Notes: generated by a model from the letters alone, not told the origin. DNA of 64,000 bases from a bacterium (GCA_030649135.1 JAUSGI010000008.1:152896-216895), one strand, 5' to 3'; counted from the stretch's first letter, positions 47,609 through 57,923 are shown. A program made the numbers and translations.

Positions 47609-49672
47609 ATGGATGAGAAGTTTCTTAAACCCTATAACCCCGAAGAAACGGAAAGCCGGATATACGCGCTCTGGGAAAAGAGCGGTTTTTTTAACCCGGA
47701 TAATTTGCCCGAGAGGCACGAGAAACCTTTCACTATTGTCATGCCTCCCCCGAATGCCAACGGCAGTCTCCATTCTGGTCACGTCCTTTTTATAACTCTT
47801 GAGGATATCATCATCCGATTCAAGAGAATGCTGGGTTATAAAGCCCTTTGGATTCCTGGCGCCGACCATGCCGGTTTTGAAACTCAAGTGGTATTCGAAA
47901 AAAAACTGGAGAAGGAAGACCGCTCAAGGTTCGGTATGGATCCTAAGGCTTTGTATCAGGAAATTTTGGCCTTTACCCTTGAGAATAAGAAAAATATGGA
48001 GTCTCAAGTTCGTTCGCTCGGCGCTTCCTGTGATTGGTCTCGCGAAAAGTTTACCTTAGACCAAGATGTGGTGCTAAAGACCCAAGAGACTTTTATAAAA
48101 ATGTTTAATGAGAAGCTTATCTACCGCGGCCAGCGAGCAACCAATTGGTGTTCCAAACATCAAACTTCCCTTTCCGAGGTGGAAACCGAATCGGCTGAAG
48201 AGACTTCTCCTTTTTACTACTTCCAATACGGACCATTTGAAATCGGCACGGTCAGGCCGGAGACTAAGTTCGGCGACAAATACGTTGTTATGCATCCAGA
48301 TGATACTCGGTATGCCCAATACAAACACGGCGACAAACTAGAACTCGAATGGATTAACGGGCCGATTACAGCCACGGTTATCAAGGACGAAGCAGTAGAT
48401 ATGGAGTTCGGTACGGGTGTGATGACTATTACCCCTTGGCATTCGCAAGTGGACCTCGAAATTGCCAAACGCCACAATTTGGATATGGAACAAATCATAG
48501 ATTGGCAGGGCAAGCTCTTACCTATTGCCAGCGAATTCTCCGGCCTGAATATAAAAGTTGCCAGACCGAAAATAGTGGAGAAACTTGAATCTAAGAGACT
48601 CCTCACCCGCATCGACAAAGAATATAAAAATATCATTAAAAAATGTTATAAATGTGGCACTATTATAGAACCACAAGTGAAAGACCAGTGGTTCGTAAAG
48701 ATGGAGCCATTGGCAAAGTTGGCGATTGACGCTGTCAATCGCGAGGAAATTAAGTTTATTCCAGACAACTACGAGAAAATTTTTAAATACTGGATGGAAC
48801 ATCCCATCGATTGGAACATTTCTCGCCAAATTGTCTGGGGTATTCCCATACCGGCATGGTTTCGCACCAATGAGATAGCGGTCGGGATAGAAAAACCTAC
48901 GGGTGAAGGTTGGATTAAGGACTCCGATACATTCGATACTTGGTTCTCAAGCGGACAATGGCCGCTCCTCGTAACCGGCTACCCCGATGGAGACGACTAT
49001 CAGACATTTTACCCGACGGATGTGATGGAGACTGGGCATGACCTCATATTTAAGTGGGTTCCGCGCATGGTTATTTTCGGCCTCTATTTGTCAAAACAGG
49101 TACCCTTCCACACAGTCTACCTGCATGGTCTCGTCAATGATGCCCAAGGTAAAAAAATGAGCAAATCCAAAGGCAACGTGGTCGACCCCTTAGTCCTAAC
49201 CAAAAAATACGGCACCGACGCTCTGCGTATGACTCTCATCGTCGGCAACACGCCGGGAACTGACCTTGCGTTACGCGAAGACAAAATCAAAGGATACAAA
49301 AACTTCGCCAATAAAGTTTGGAATATCGCGCGATATGTGCTCTCGCAAAAAAGAGACGGCGAACTTGATAAAGAACTGGCCGGCGAATTTGACGCGTTAA
49401 CCAAAGATGTAACGGATGATATGGAAAATTACCGTTTCTACATTGCCGCGGAGAAAATTTACGCGTATGTCTGGCACCGCTTTGCCGACGAAATTATCGA
49501 GGAAAGCAAAAAACAATCAGAGCGTGGAGAGACTCTATACTATATCCTTGAGAATTCGCTGAAACTGCTCCACCCATTCATGCCCTTTATCACCGAAGAA
49601 ATTTGGCGGGAAATGTGTCAGGACAAATTATTGATGATAGAACCATGGCCTGTAAATAAAAATGAGTCCTGA
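47609..49672 (+). CDS. valS: Valyl-tRNA synthetase, short (687 aa, no C-terminal coiled coil)
   Basis: PPPNANGSLHSGHVL (HIGH), TRPETKFGDKYV editing-domain motif, KMSKSKGNVVDP, LHPFMPFITEEIW. Confidence 0.85.
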   Translation: MDEKFLKPYNPEETESRIYALWEKSGFFNPDNLPERHEKPFTIVMPPPNANGSLHSGHVLFITLEDIIIRFKRMLGYKALWIPGADHAGFETQVVFEKKLEKEDRSRFGMDPKALYQEILAFTLENKKNMESQVRSLGASCDWSREKFTLDQDVVLKTQETFIKMFNEKLIYRGQRATNWCSKHQTSLSEVETESAEETSPFYYFQYGPFEIGTVRPETKFGDKYVVMHPDDTRYAQYKHGDKLELEWINGPITATVIKDEAVDMEFGTGVMTITPWHSQVDLEIAKRHNLDMEQIIDWQGKLLPIASEFSGLNIKVARPKIVEKLESKRLLTRIDKEYKNIIKKCYKCGTIIEPQVKDQWFVKMEPLAKLAIDAVNREEIKFIPDNYEKIFKYWMEHPIDWNISRQIVWGIPIPAWFRTNEIAVGIEKPTGEGWIKDSDTFDTWFSSGQWPLLVTGYPDGDDYQTFYPTDVMETGHDLIFKWVPRMVIFGLYLSKQVPFHTVYLHGLVNDAQGKKMSKSKGNVVDPLVLTKKYGTDALRMTLIVGNTPGTDLALREDKIKGYKNFANKVWNIARYVLSQKRDGELDKELAGEFDALTKDVTDDMENYRFYIAAEKIYAYVWHRFADEIIEESKKQSERGETLYYILENSLKLLHPFMPFITEEIWREMCQDKLLMIEPWPVNKNES

Positions 49673-50345
49673 AACCATAACATACGCGCTTGCCGGAGGC
49701 GTTCTGCCGGCACTGGTCTGGCTCGCCTTTTGGCTCCGAGAGGATTACCGACACCCAGAACCGCGGGGTCTGATTCTCAAAACATTTCTTCTCGGCATGG
49801 GCGCGGTGATTCTCGTTCTGCCTTTTCAGAAAGTGGTAGATACATGGTTCCCGGGCATGGCACTCCCCGCTATTCTCCTGTGGGTCATCTTGGAGGAAGC
49901 TTTCAAATTCACCGCGGCCTTCTTCGGCGGCCTTAGGACATTGGAGGACAACGAACCGATTGACCCAATCATTTACATGATTACGGCCGCCCTTGGCTTC
50001 GTGGCTTTGGAAAATACACTCTTCATTTTAGGACCGCTCATCGGAGAAGAAGTGACAAAAAGTGTGATTACCGGCAATTTGCGCTTCATCGGAGCCAGTC
50101 TCGTGCACGTCATCTCAAGTGGCATTATTGGAGTCTCCCTTGCGTTATCGTTCTACAAACCAAAGAGAGAGCGTATCATCTTCACTGTTCTGGCCATAGT
50201 TCTGGCCATCGCCTTCCATGCCGGATTCAACCTCGTCATCGTCCATTGGAACAACGCCGGCACCATGCTTGCCTTTGGGTCAGTCTGGATTGGCGCTATC
50301 CTCCTCCTCTTGGCATTTGAGAAAGTAAAAACGATTGCGCGATAG
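49662..50345 (+). CDS. PrsW-family intramembrane protease-like protein
   Basis: Polytopic. ILEEAFKF (EExxK) and FHAGFN motifs. Confidence 0.55.
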   Translation: MSPETITYALAGGVLPALVWLAFWLREDYRHPEPRGLILKTFLLGMGAVILVLPFQKVVDTWFPGMALPAILLWVILEEAFKFTAAFFGGLRTLEDNEPIDPIIYMITAALGFVALENTLFILGPLIGEEVTKSVITGNLRFIGASLVHVISSGIIGVSLALSFYKPKRERIIFTVLAIVLAIAFHAGFNLVIVHWNNAGTMLAFGSVWIGAILLLLAFEKVKTIAR

Positions 50346-50371
50346 GAAGTATAGGATATAATTAAACCGTC

Positions 50372-50833
50372 ATGCAAAATAAAAGATCTTTTTTTGAAAG
50401 GCTCACGGGCGCAGTGCGACTCGACGAAGAAAGAGAGCAACCGGAAGAAGAGAGTCACATCGGCACAAACGCCAAACAAAATATATTTGAGGAAAGCGAG
50501 GAGGAAGCCCAGCTCACCGTGGACGTTTACCAAACACCTTCGGAAATTATCATCAAGACTATGGTCGCCGGGGTTAAACCGGAAGACCTTGACGTATCGA
50601 TTACCAGAGACTCCGTCACTATTCGCGGTAAACGAAGCGAAGACAGAACGATATCGAACGACGAATATTTCCACCACGAGCTTTATTGGGGTTCCTTTGC
50701 CAGAGCCATAACCTTACCGGAAGAAATTGATGTCGACGGAGCAGAGGCAGTCGAGAAACACGGTATGCTCGTCCTCCATCTGCCTAAACTCGATAAAAAT
50801 CGCCAAGCTAAACTTAGGGTTAAGGGGAGTTAG
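50372..50833 (+). CDS. Hsp20/alpha-crystallin small heat-shock protein
   Basis: Alpha-crystallin domain (VDVYQTP..., SITRDSVTIRGKR, GMLVLHLPK). Confidence 0.85.
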   Translation: MQNKRSFFERLTGAVRLDEEREQPEEESHIGTNAKQNIFEESEEEAQLTVDVYQTPSEIIIKTMVAGVKPEDLDVSITRDSVTIRGKRSEDRTISNDEYFHHELYWGSFARAITLPEEIDVDGAEAVEKHGMLVLHLPKLDKNRQAKLRVKGS

Positions 50834-50835
50834 GG

Positions 50836-50908
50836 TGCCAAGACCCAGGTTCGAACTGGGGACCCTTCCCTCTTCAGGGGAATGCTCTACCAACTGAGCT
50901 ATCTTGGC
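50836..50908 (-). tRNA. tRNA-Phe (anticodon GAA)
   Basis: GCCAAGATAGCTCAGTTGGTAGAGC...CTGAAGA...GGTTCGAACC...TCTTGGCA. Confidence 0.85.
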
Positions 50909-50928
50909 ATTGTAAACCGCAAAACAAT

Positions 50929-51156
50929 TTACTGATTAAGAAGTTCTTTCACACTGTTGAAGTTCTCTAATGATTGATCAAGAAACGGTTGTAGATAAAA
51001 GTAACCAACCACTAGAGGTACTACTATAATAGCCACTTTTATGAATCCCCAGAGAATGGCCCAGCGTGCCGCTCTTTGCATCTTGCGCAGAATCTGATTA
51101 TTTTCTTCGGCTAGCTTTAATGAGCGTTCCAGGAGCACTTTTTCTTCGGGATTCAT
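50929..51156 (-). CDS. Hypothetical small membrane protein
   Basis: 75 aa, one TM. Confidence 0.3.
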   Translation of the reverse strand: MNPEEKVLLERSLKLAEENNQILRKMQRAARWAILWGFIKVAIIVVPLVVGYFYLQPFLDQSLENFNSVKELLNQ

Positions 51157-51216
51157 AGATAAGTATTATAGCTAAATATCGGTTTTTTTCAAATTTCGTG
51201 TTATATTTCGAGCATC

Positions 51217-51288
51217 GCCGCCGTAGTTCAACGGATAGAACAGCGCCGTCCTAAGGCGTTAATGTAGGTTCAATTCCTGCCGGTGGCA
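51217..51288 (+). tRNA. tRNA-Arg (anticodon CCT)
   Basis: GCCGCCGTAGTTCAACGGATAGAAC...GTCCTAA...GGTTCAATTCC...CGGTGGCA. Collinear with E. coli argW-type tRNA. Confidence 0.75.
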
Positions 51289-51294
51289 CCCAAT

Positions 51295-51537
51295 TTATGC
51301 AGGGATACCCAGTAATTTAGTGAGGGTGTCCTTATCGAAGCCGACGACTATGTCCTTGCCGTCAATCACTATGACCGGTACGCCCATTTGTCCGCTTTTT
51401 GTAATCATTTCCGTCCGCTTGGCCGTATCCGCGCCGACATTGTAATCGGTAAAAGGAATATTATTGGCTGTGAAAAATTCTTTAGCCATATGGCAGAAAT
51501 GACAACTTTCTGTTGAATAAATTTCTACTTTTTTCAT
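51295..51537 (-). CDS. Glutaredoxin/NrdH-like thioredoxin-fold protein
   Basis: MKKVEIYSTESCHFCHMAKEF (CxxC) ... GVPVIVIDG. Start at internal Met with ATGA overlap to the upstream gene. Confidence 0.7.
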   Translation of the reverse strand: MKKVEIYSTESCHFCHMAKEFFTANNIPFTDYNVGADTAKRTEMITKSGQMGVPVIVIDGKDIVVGFDKDTLTKLLGIPA

Positions 51538-51917
51538 TAGTTTCCCATTATAACAAGCCAAAACCTTTTGTACCATGGTAGCGCCGATTTATCGGTCGAG
51601 CTGGAGACCCCTCTCTCGTTAACGATGATGGCGACGTACTCGCCTTCTTCGGTGACACTAAACCTTTCCCTGATTTCATCTTTTATCCCCTCTTCGGTCT
51701 CCAGACGGGCAATGTCGCCCTTAAGTTCTTGCTCCCGAAGAACCAAGTCCTCCGCCCTTGCCGCCAAATTTTTTGAATACGCCGCACTGACCCGTTCTTT
51801 ATTGATCACCCCGACTGCCCCCTTGGCGAGGAAAAAAGCAATCACAGACAGGATAACCAGCGATGGGATTGAATAAATAACGCGCCTGATTTTCTGTTTT
51901 CTCTGGAGTTCCTTCAT
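51537..51917 (-). CDS. FtsB/DivIC-like septum-formation initiator (TM + coiled coil)
   Basis: N-terminal TM then a coiled coil (LVLREQELKGDIARLETEEGIKDEIRERF). Confidence 0.4.
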   Translation of the reverse strand: MKELQRKQKIRRVIYSIPSLVILSVIAFFLAKGAVGVINKERVSAAYSKNLAARAEDLVLREQELKGDIARLETEEGIKDEIRERFSVTEEGEYVAIIVNERGVSSSTDKSALPWYKRFWLVIMGN

Positions 51918-52064
51918 AGTGACCCTTATGGTAACATGGCTAATATGTTATTCGATAAGAAACATAAGAAGAAAATCAGAGTAGTTTGGATGGCGCTCTC
52001 GGTTCTCATGATTTTAAGCATGATTCTCTTATACTCTCCCTTCTTCCAAATATAAAACCCGAAA

Positions 52065-53891
52065 CTAACCACGGCGAATCATCTTGAGAAAAACGTCTTG
52101 GGAAATATTTACTTTCCCGCGCTCCCGCATCTTCTTCTTGCCCTTCTTTTGTTTCTCCCGGAGCTTCATTTTGCGGGTAATATCACCGCCATACATATGC
52201 TGGGTGACATCCTTCTTCATGCCGCTAAGGGTCCGTGAGGCAATAATGCGACCAAGAGCCTTGGCCTGAATCTTCAGCGTAAACATCTGCCTAGGCAAGG
52301 CAGCGGCCAGTTTATCCACATCCGATTCAGACTCTGTCTCAACTTGTCTGCGGGATATTACTTTGGCAAAGGCCGGCACCACTTCATCGGCTATCAAAAT
52401 ATCCAGACGAGTAACGTCCGCCAGTCTTTCACCGGCTAGCGAGTAAGAGATGGAGCCAAAACCGGATGTCGCGCTTTTAAGCTTATCGAAGAAACCTCTC
52501 ATCAGTTCCCGGAGGGGCATTTCAAAAGAGAGTGAGGCGCGCGCCTCACCGAAATTTTCCGTCTCCCCAAGCTCTGCCTCAAACTCATAAAGAAGCTGAA
52601 CCACCGGACTGATAAATGCGGGCGGCACAATGACCGTAGCTTTCACCCACGGTTCCCACACCGAACTTACGAGATGGTCTTCAGGAAAAAATGATGGGGT
52701 ATAAACTTGCCCCTCACTGCCATTTTTGTATACGATTCTATACGTGATACTCGGCAAAGTGATGACCAGGGGCAGATTAAATTCACGTCTCAATCTTTCG
52801 GTGATAATCTCCAGATGAAGCATGCCGAGAAAACCGGCGCGGAAACCCCTACCAAGCACGCTGGAGGATTCTTCTTCGAAAGAGAATGCCGAGTCGGATA
52901 GACGTAGTCGGGAAAGGGCCTGTTTCAAAGCGGTGAAGTGGTCTTGATTCTCCGGGTAAATAGAAGCCCAAACTACAGGAAAGGGCTTCGCATAGCCAGC
53001 CAAGGCGGGACTACCGTCGGTGCTCGCGGTAATCGTATCGCCAACAGAAGCGATTCCGGGCTCCTTGATGCCTGTGACAATGTAACCTATTTCCCCCGAT
53101 ACCAGTTCCGATACCTTCTTCTCCTCCGGGGTAAACACACCAACTTCTAGAGACTGAAACTCTTTGTCCGCCACTTTGAACCTTAACTTATCACCCGACT
53201 TCACAGACCCGCTAAAAACACGCACAAAGACAATAACCCCTCGGTGATTGGAATACTGGAAATCAAAAACCAGACTTCTGAACCCCCCCGAGGAAAGACC
53301 TAGGGGAATTCCCCTAGGTCTTTCCTCGGGGAATTGCGGAGAGTCGTGACTGGAGCTGGGCGGCGGTACACGTTTAATGATTTCGTCCAAAAGATTTAAT
53401 ACACCTTCCCCTGTTTTACCGGAAACAAGTAAGACCTCGTTACTATCTATGTGTAAAAGTTTGGAAATCTCTTCCTTGACTTCCGCCACCCGCGCCAGAG
53501 GAGAATCAATTTTGGAAATAACGGGAATAATTTTGAGTTGAGCGACCTCGGCCATCCCTAGCGTCGTTAAGGTTTGAGCTTGCACCCCCTGCGTGGCATC
53601 CACCAGAAGTATCGAACCCTCCACGGCACCGAGAGCGCGCGACACTTCGTAAGAAAAATCGATATGGCCGGGAGTATCTATCAAATTTAAAATATACTCC
53701 CCATATTTCATCCGCACCGGTTGCATCTTTATGGTAATTCCCCGCTCACGTTCAAGCTCCATGGAGTCGAGTACTTGCTCGCGCATGTCCCGCTTGGCTA
53801 TCGTGCCGGTCAACTCAAGCATCCTGTCCGCCAAAGTAGATTTGCCGTGGTCAATATGCGCTATGATGCTGAAATTACGAATCTTATCCAT
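52065..53891 (-). CDS. lepA: Elongation factor 4 (LepA)
   Basis: FSIIAHIDHGKSTLADR G-domain. LepA-specific C-terminal domain ...GGDITRKMKLREKQKKGKK. Confidence 0.9.
   Translation of the reverse strand: MDKIRNFSIIAHIDHGKSTLADRMLELTGTIAKRDMREQVLDSMELERERGITIKMQPVRMKYGEYILNLIDTPGHIDFSYEVSRALGAVEGSILLVDATQGVQAQTLTTLGMAEVAQLKIIPVISKIDSPLARVAEVKEEISKLLHIDSNEVLLVSGKTGEGVLNLLDEIIKRVPPPSSSHDSPQFPEERPRGIPLGLSSGGFRSLVFDFQYSNHRGVIVFVRVFSGSVKSGDKLRFKVADKEFQSLEVGVFTPEEKKVSELVSGEIGYIVTGIKEPGIASVGDTITASTDGSPALAGYAKPFPVVWASIYPENQDHFTALKQALSRLRLSDSAFSFEEESSSVLGRGFRAGFLGMLHLEIITERLRREFNLPLVITLPSITYRIVYKNGSEGQVYTPSFFPEDHLVSSVWEPWVKATVIVPPAFISPVVQLLYEFEAELGETENFGEARASLSFEMPLRELMRGFFDKLKSATSGFGSISYSLAGERLADVTRLDILIADEVVPAFAKVISRRQVETESESDVDKLAAALPRQMFTLKIQAKALGRIIASRTLSGMKKDVTQHMYGGDITRKMKLREKQKKGKKKMRERGKVNISQDVFLKMIRRG
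53286..53331. repeat. Perfect 46-bp palindrome inside lepA, in frame (ccccgaggaaagacctaggggaattcccctaggtctttcctcgggg)
   Basis: The sequence is its own reverse complement. Encodes PEERPRGIPLGLSSGG in the lepA frame. Related to the dnaE element. Confidence 0.85.
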
Positions 53892-53908
53892 AATGATTCC
53901 AGGCAACC

Positions 53909-55585
53909 TTATACTATCTCCGGGTCAGTAGCAACAACGTTTGCTTTCCAGAACTTACCCCGCACCACACCCCAGACTTCATGGAGTTCTCGACTCTTAA
54001 GCGCAAATAAAATCGTAACGCCCACGGCCATAGCAAATAGCCCTGCCCAAAAACCTTGCAAGAAAATACCCACAAGGGAGGTTGTATCGAGTAAGCGGGC
54101 AAAGATGTTTAGCCCAAGGTAAGCGGTTGCTCCCATGATGACAGAGGACCCCAAACCTTCGAACAATGTCCGAGTAACCCCGCGCGAGAAACCCCGAAAG
54201 AACTTCTCAAATGTCATCCAGTGGAGCAGACCGTTAATAATAGTGGCAATAGAGAAACCCAAAGGTAACATCAGGACGGCCGTACCGGACAAATCTTCAA
54301 CCTTGAGAAGCGCGCTGATAAAATAACGGAACTCCGCCGACCAGTAGAAAATTTTCACCAACCACCAAGTACCCATCACCATGACAGTAGTGGAGATAAG
54401 ATTGAGAAAAAACGGCTTTCTGGTAAAACCGGCGGAATAAAACCCTCTGATAAAAAGTAAGAGGAGACACTGGAACACGGAGGAGAGAGCGAAGAGCGCC
54501 AAAGCGGCCGCGGTCAAGCGGGTCGCATCCCAATCGAAAAGCCCCGAACCAAGAACGACTCTGACAATTTGCGCGCGCAGCACAATAAGGAGCGCCGAGA
54601 CGGGTAGCGACCAGAAGATGATAAATCTCGCGGTAGTCGCCATCTGCTGTTTAAAAGCCTCGAGATTATTCTCTCTGAAACGCCTGGAAAGAGTCGGGAA
54701 CGCCGCCAGAGAATATGAGACACCGATAATAGAGAGGGGTACGGATTGAAGATTTATGGAAAACGAGAGAATGGCGATGGAACCTGCCGTCATCAAGGAT
54801 GCCAAAGATACCAGACAAATCAGAGCGATGGAACTCATCGACAGGGTTAGCGTCCTGGGCAGGGAAATCCTGACCACTTGAGCAATGAGTGCGAAGTCAA
54901 ATTTTAGCGAAAACCGCGGGAACAGACCCGCCCTGACCACAAACGGCACCTGTATCAAGGCATGCAGGCTCGCCCCCGCAACCACGCCAATGGCCACACC
55001 TATAATACCCAGCCGTTCGGCGAAAAGAATAATACCGACAATGATACCGGCGTTATAAAAGAGCGGGGCCAGAGCGTAGATAGTGAAACGGTTATAAGCT
55101 TGAGTTAGAGAACCAAACAAATTTGAAAATCCCAATATAATTGGCGAGAGCAAAAGCATACGGGAAATAAAAATAGCTTCAGCAAGCGCCGGCCCGGAAA
55201 AGCCCTGAAATAAGAAACCCGAAAGAGCCGGCAAGAGAAAAAATGCCAGACCGGAAACGGTGATAATCAGGATGGAGAAGAAAGAAAAAACATTATTTAT
55301 AAAAGAGCGTAGCGCTTCCAAGCCCTTGGCTTCCCTCTCGATGACAAATGGAACCAGGACCGAAAGCGAGACAACCGAGGCTACTGTGACAAAGAGAAAA
55401 TCCGGAATACGGAAAGCGGCATAATAAATATCGAGCTCTGCCGAAGCGCCGAAGATGTGCGCGAGAAGCCTGTCGCGCAAGAAACCCAACACTTGAGACA
55501 AGAAAGCAAAGAGTCCCAATAAGAGCGCGGCCTGATTGAGAGTCCCGGTCTCCTTATAGAGAAAGCCGATAATCTTGCGAACCAT
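53909..55585 (-). CDS. murJ: Lipid II flippase MurJ (MviN family)
   Basis: About 14 TM helices. N-terminus LGFLRDRLLAHIFGASAELDIYYAAFRIPDF is MurJ-like. Confidence 0.7.
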   Translation of the reverse strand: MVRKIIGFLYKETGTLNQAALLLGLFAFLSQVLGFLRDRLLAHIFGASAELDIYYAAFRIPDFLFVTVASVVSLSVLVPFVIEREAKGLEALRSFINNVFSFFSILIITVSGLAFFLLPALSGFLFQGFSGPALAEAIFISRMLLLSPIILGFSNLFGSLTQAYNRFTIYALAPLFYNAGIIVGIILFAERLGIIGVAIGVVAGASLHALIQVPFVVRAGLFPRFSLKFDFALIAQVVRISLPRTLTLSMSSIALICLVSLASLMTAGSIAILSFSINLQSVPLSIIGVSYSLAAFPTLSRRFRENNLEAFKQQMATTARFIIFWSLPVSALLIVLRAQIVRVVLGSGLFDWDATRLTAAALALFALSSVFQCLLLLFIRGFYSAGFTRKPFFLNLISTTVMVMGTWWLVKIFYWSAEFRYFISALLKVEDLSGTAVLMLPLGFSIATIINGLLHWMTFEKFFRGFSRGVTRTLFEGLGSSVIMGATAYLGLNIFARLLDTTSLVGIFLQGFWAGLFAMAVGVTILFALKSRELHEVWGVVRGKFWKANVVATDPEIV

Positions 55586-55589
55586 CCAG

Positions 55590-57923
55590 TCAGTTTTTTA
55601 TCGAGTTAGTCAGGAACGTACGTTTACCGACTCTAAGTTCCTTAAGAATTAAACGCACCTGTTCATTATCGGGGTTGGTAATAGCTAGGGCTTCGAATTG
55701 CTCTTGGGCCTTATCCAACTGGCCGAGTTGAGCAAAAGTGAGACCAAGATAATACTGGGCATTGGCATAATCCGGTGCGGACACAAGTGCCTTACTAAAA
55801 GCAGCAATCGCACCGGCGTAGTCTTTCACAGAATACTTCAGTAAGCCCAACTCGAAGTAGATGCCGGGATTATTGGATACCAAGAGAGCCAGCTTCTCCG
55901 CGGAAACAATAGCACTAGTCGTATTTCCATCCTGGATTTCCAGTTGAGCAAGCATCAAGTGGGCATCAGCATAATCCTCTTTGAGAGCAATGGAACTCCT
56001 GATGAAGGAACGAGCCGCCTCTCTATTGCCGCGATTCAGTTCCAATCTGGCCAGAAAAAGGGGTATCTCCGGATTGAGAGGATTTCGTTTGAGAGCTTCG
56101 GAGTAAGCGAGAGAAGCACTCTCATAAGCGCCTGCTATGGAGAGCGGCTTAGGTACCAGAGCGCTATAAATCATGCCGAGCGAGACCCAGTTCTGGTAGC
56201 TAGCCGGATTGATACCAACGGCAGACTTCGCCGCTTCAATACTTTTTCCCAGAGACTCCTCGAAAGTTGCTTGATTGTCTTTCAAAGCTCCGGTAGTAGC
56301 ACTGGCGGCTGTTTGAGCTTTGAGAAAATTGATACGCGAGAGAGCAATATAGTACGTATCTATCGGGGAAAATTTCACCGCCTTATTAAGCTCGTTCTCA
56401 ATCTCCACCAGAGGAGTGCCGGTGATATTGGAAAGGTCAACAGCTTTTTTGAAATAAAAAGCTGACACCGTTTTGTTAAACCCTGTCCAACCAAGGAAAA
56501 GAGCCCCGCAAGCAATCACCGTTATGAGAAGGGTCGAAACAAAACGAAGCTGGGAAGACTCTTTCAAGCGAAAAGTGCGAAGAGAAATAATACCTGACAC
56601 ACCACTTGCCGCTACAAAAAGTCCGGTGAAGATGAAAGCGAACATCAGCACGGTTGCCGAAGGAACGTAGAGAAAACTAGAAACCCAAAGGAAACAGGTG
56701 ATTAAGAAAACAGAGACGAGTGCGAAGCGTTCGGCTCTCGATTCCGGCATACGACCCCAAACTTTGACCCCCAACATGATAAGGAGAACGAAGAAAGTCA
56801 GCCACAAAGCCGTGCCAAGTATGCCGGTAGAAGCTATTTGTGTCGGTATAAAGCCCACACCGAACGGAAACGCCACGGCCCAGAAGGGAGTGGTATTTAT
56901 AGCGACCGGTTTATAGACGAGCCAGTCACGCCCAAAAGTATTGGGACCGGAACCAAGAAACCTTTCTTGGGAAAGCACGGCCTTCGAGATGCCCAGAGTA
57001 GCCGAGAGGGAGGGACGCACATCAATATTCTCGACTTTGAAACTTCTTGATACCCAGTCGCCAAGCGTACCTTGGGTCACGGATAGGTTCGGATTATAGA
57101 GAAAGGCAATGGAAATTATGCCGAGAACCACCGGTAGAAAAGTCGGCTGGAAAAAAAAGTATCTCGACGCTTGTGGTAATACCGGCGCGGCGTCGGAGAA
57201 AGGTTTTTCCATCGTTAAGAAATAGAGCAAGAGGAAAATAGAAGCTCCTAAAGTTAGAACAAATGCGGTGGAGAAATTGAGAATTGCCAAGAGCGCCACT
57301 CCGAGCACAAAGGCGCCATAGACGAGTGTTTTGACAACGAATTTCATCGGAATCATACCGATTGCCAGAGCCGCGAAGCTCGATAGAAGCCCGAAAGAAA
57401 CCGCCAAATCTGTCCAGTTGCCGATAGGATTGCCCATGTTGCCGACAAAGTTCCCCCAAACTAAAAAATCACCGCCCAAGAAGACTTTGATAGCCACAAA
57501 AAGCGCTACGAGTGAAATGGAAATAAGGAAAGCCGCCAATGCCTGGAGAATACGCGAGGTACCGGAAAATATCGTGGCTACCAATATCAAGAGCATGGAA
57601 CCGAAGAGCGTGGAACCGAAGGTCCCCACCTCGAAATTGTAACCAAAAAGCGAAAGTAAAGACGGCGTACTTAAAAAAGCGGACAGGGCATAAATCACAG
57701 GCAAAAGCAGAGCTAAGAGAATCGACAGATGCCATGGCATATTTAACTCCCCTTTTCGCCAAGTCTCCAGGAGAAACACCAGAACCACCGCGATAACACT
57801 AAAAACAAGAAGCGCCGACTTGGCCGCATCCATATTAAGGGCTCCACCTGGGACAAAGAACACCGGTAGAAGGAAGAGAAATACCATAGTGATAAGGAAA
57901 CTGGTTTTGTGTGATGTAGACAT
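55590..57923 (-). CDS. Polytopic membrane protein (O-antigen ligase/Wzy-like) with C-terminal TPR repeats
   Basis: At least 10 TM helices followed by ~300 aa of TPR-like repeats (YANAQYYLGLTFAQLGQLDKAQEQF). Confidence 0.5.
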   Translation of the reverse strand: MSTSHKTSFLITMVFLFLLPVFFVPGGALNMDAAKSALLVFSVIAVVLVFLLETWRKGELNMPWHLSILLALLLPVIYALSAFLSTPSLLSLFGYNFEVGTFGSTLFGSMLLILVATIFSGTSRILQALAAFLISISLVALFVAIKVFLGGDFLVWGNFVGNMGNPIGNWTDLAVSFGLLSSFAALAIGMIPMKFVVKTLVYGAFVLGVALLAILNFSTAFVLTLGASIFLLLYFLTMEKPFSDAAPVLPQASRYFFFQPTFLPVVLGIISIAFLYNPNLSVTQGTLGDWVSRSFKVENIDVRPSLSATLGISKAVLSQERFLGSGPNTFGRDWLVYKPVAINTTPFWAVAFPFGVGFIPTQIASTGILGTALWLTFFVLLIMLGVKVWGRMPESRAERFALVSVFLITCFLWVSSFLYVPSATVLMFAFIFTGLFVAASGVSGIISLRTFRLKESSQLRFVSTLLITVIACGALFLGWTGFNKTVSAFYFKKAVDLSNITGTPLVEIENELNKAVKFSPIDTYYIALSRINFLKAQTAASATTGALKDNQATFEESLGKSIEAAKSAVGINPASYQNWVSLGMIYSALVPKPLSIAGAYESASLAYSEALKRNPLNPEIPLFLARLELNRGNREAARSFIRSSIALKEDYADAHLMLAQLEIQDGNTTSAIVSAEKLALLVSNNPGIYFELGLLKYSVKDYAGAIAAFSKALVSAPDYANAQYYLGLTFAQLGQLDKAQEQFEALAITNPDNEQVRLILKELRVGKRTFLTNSIKN

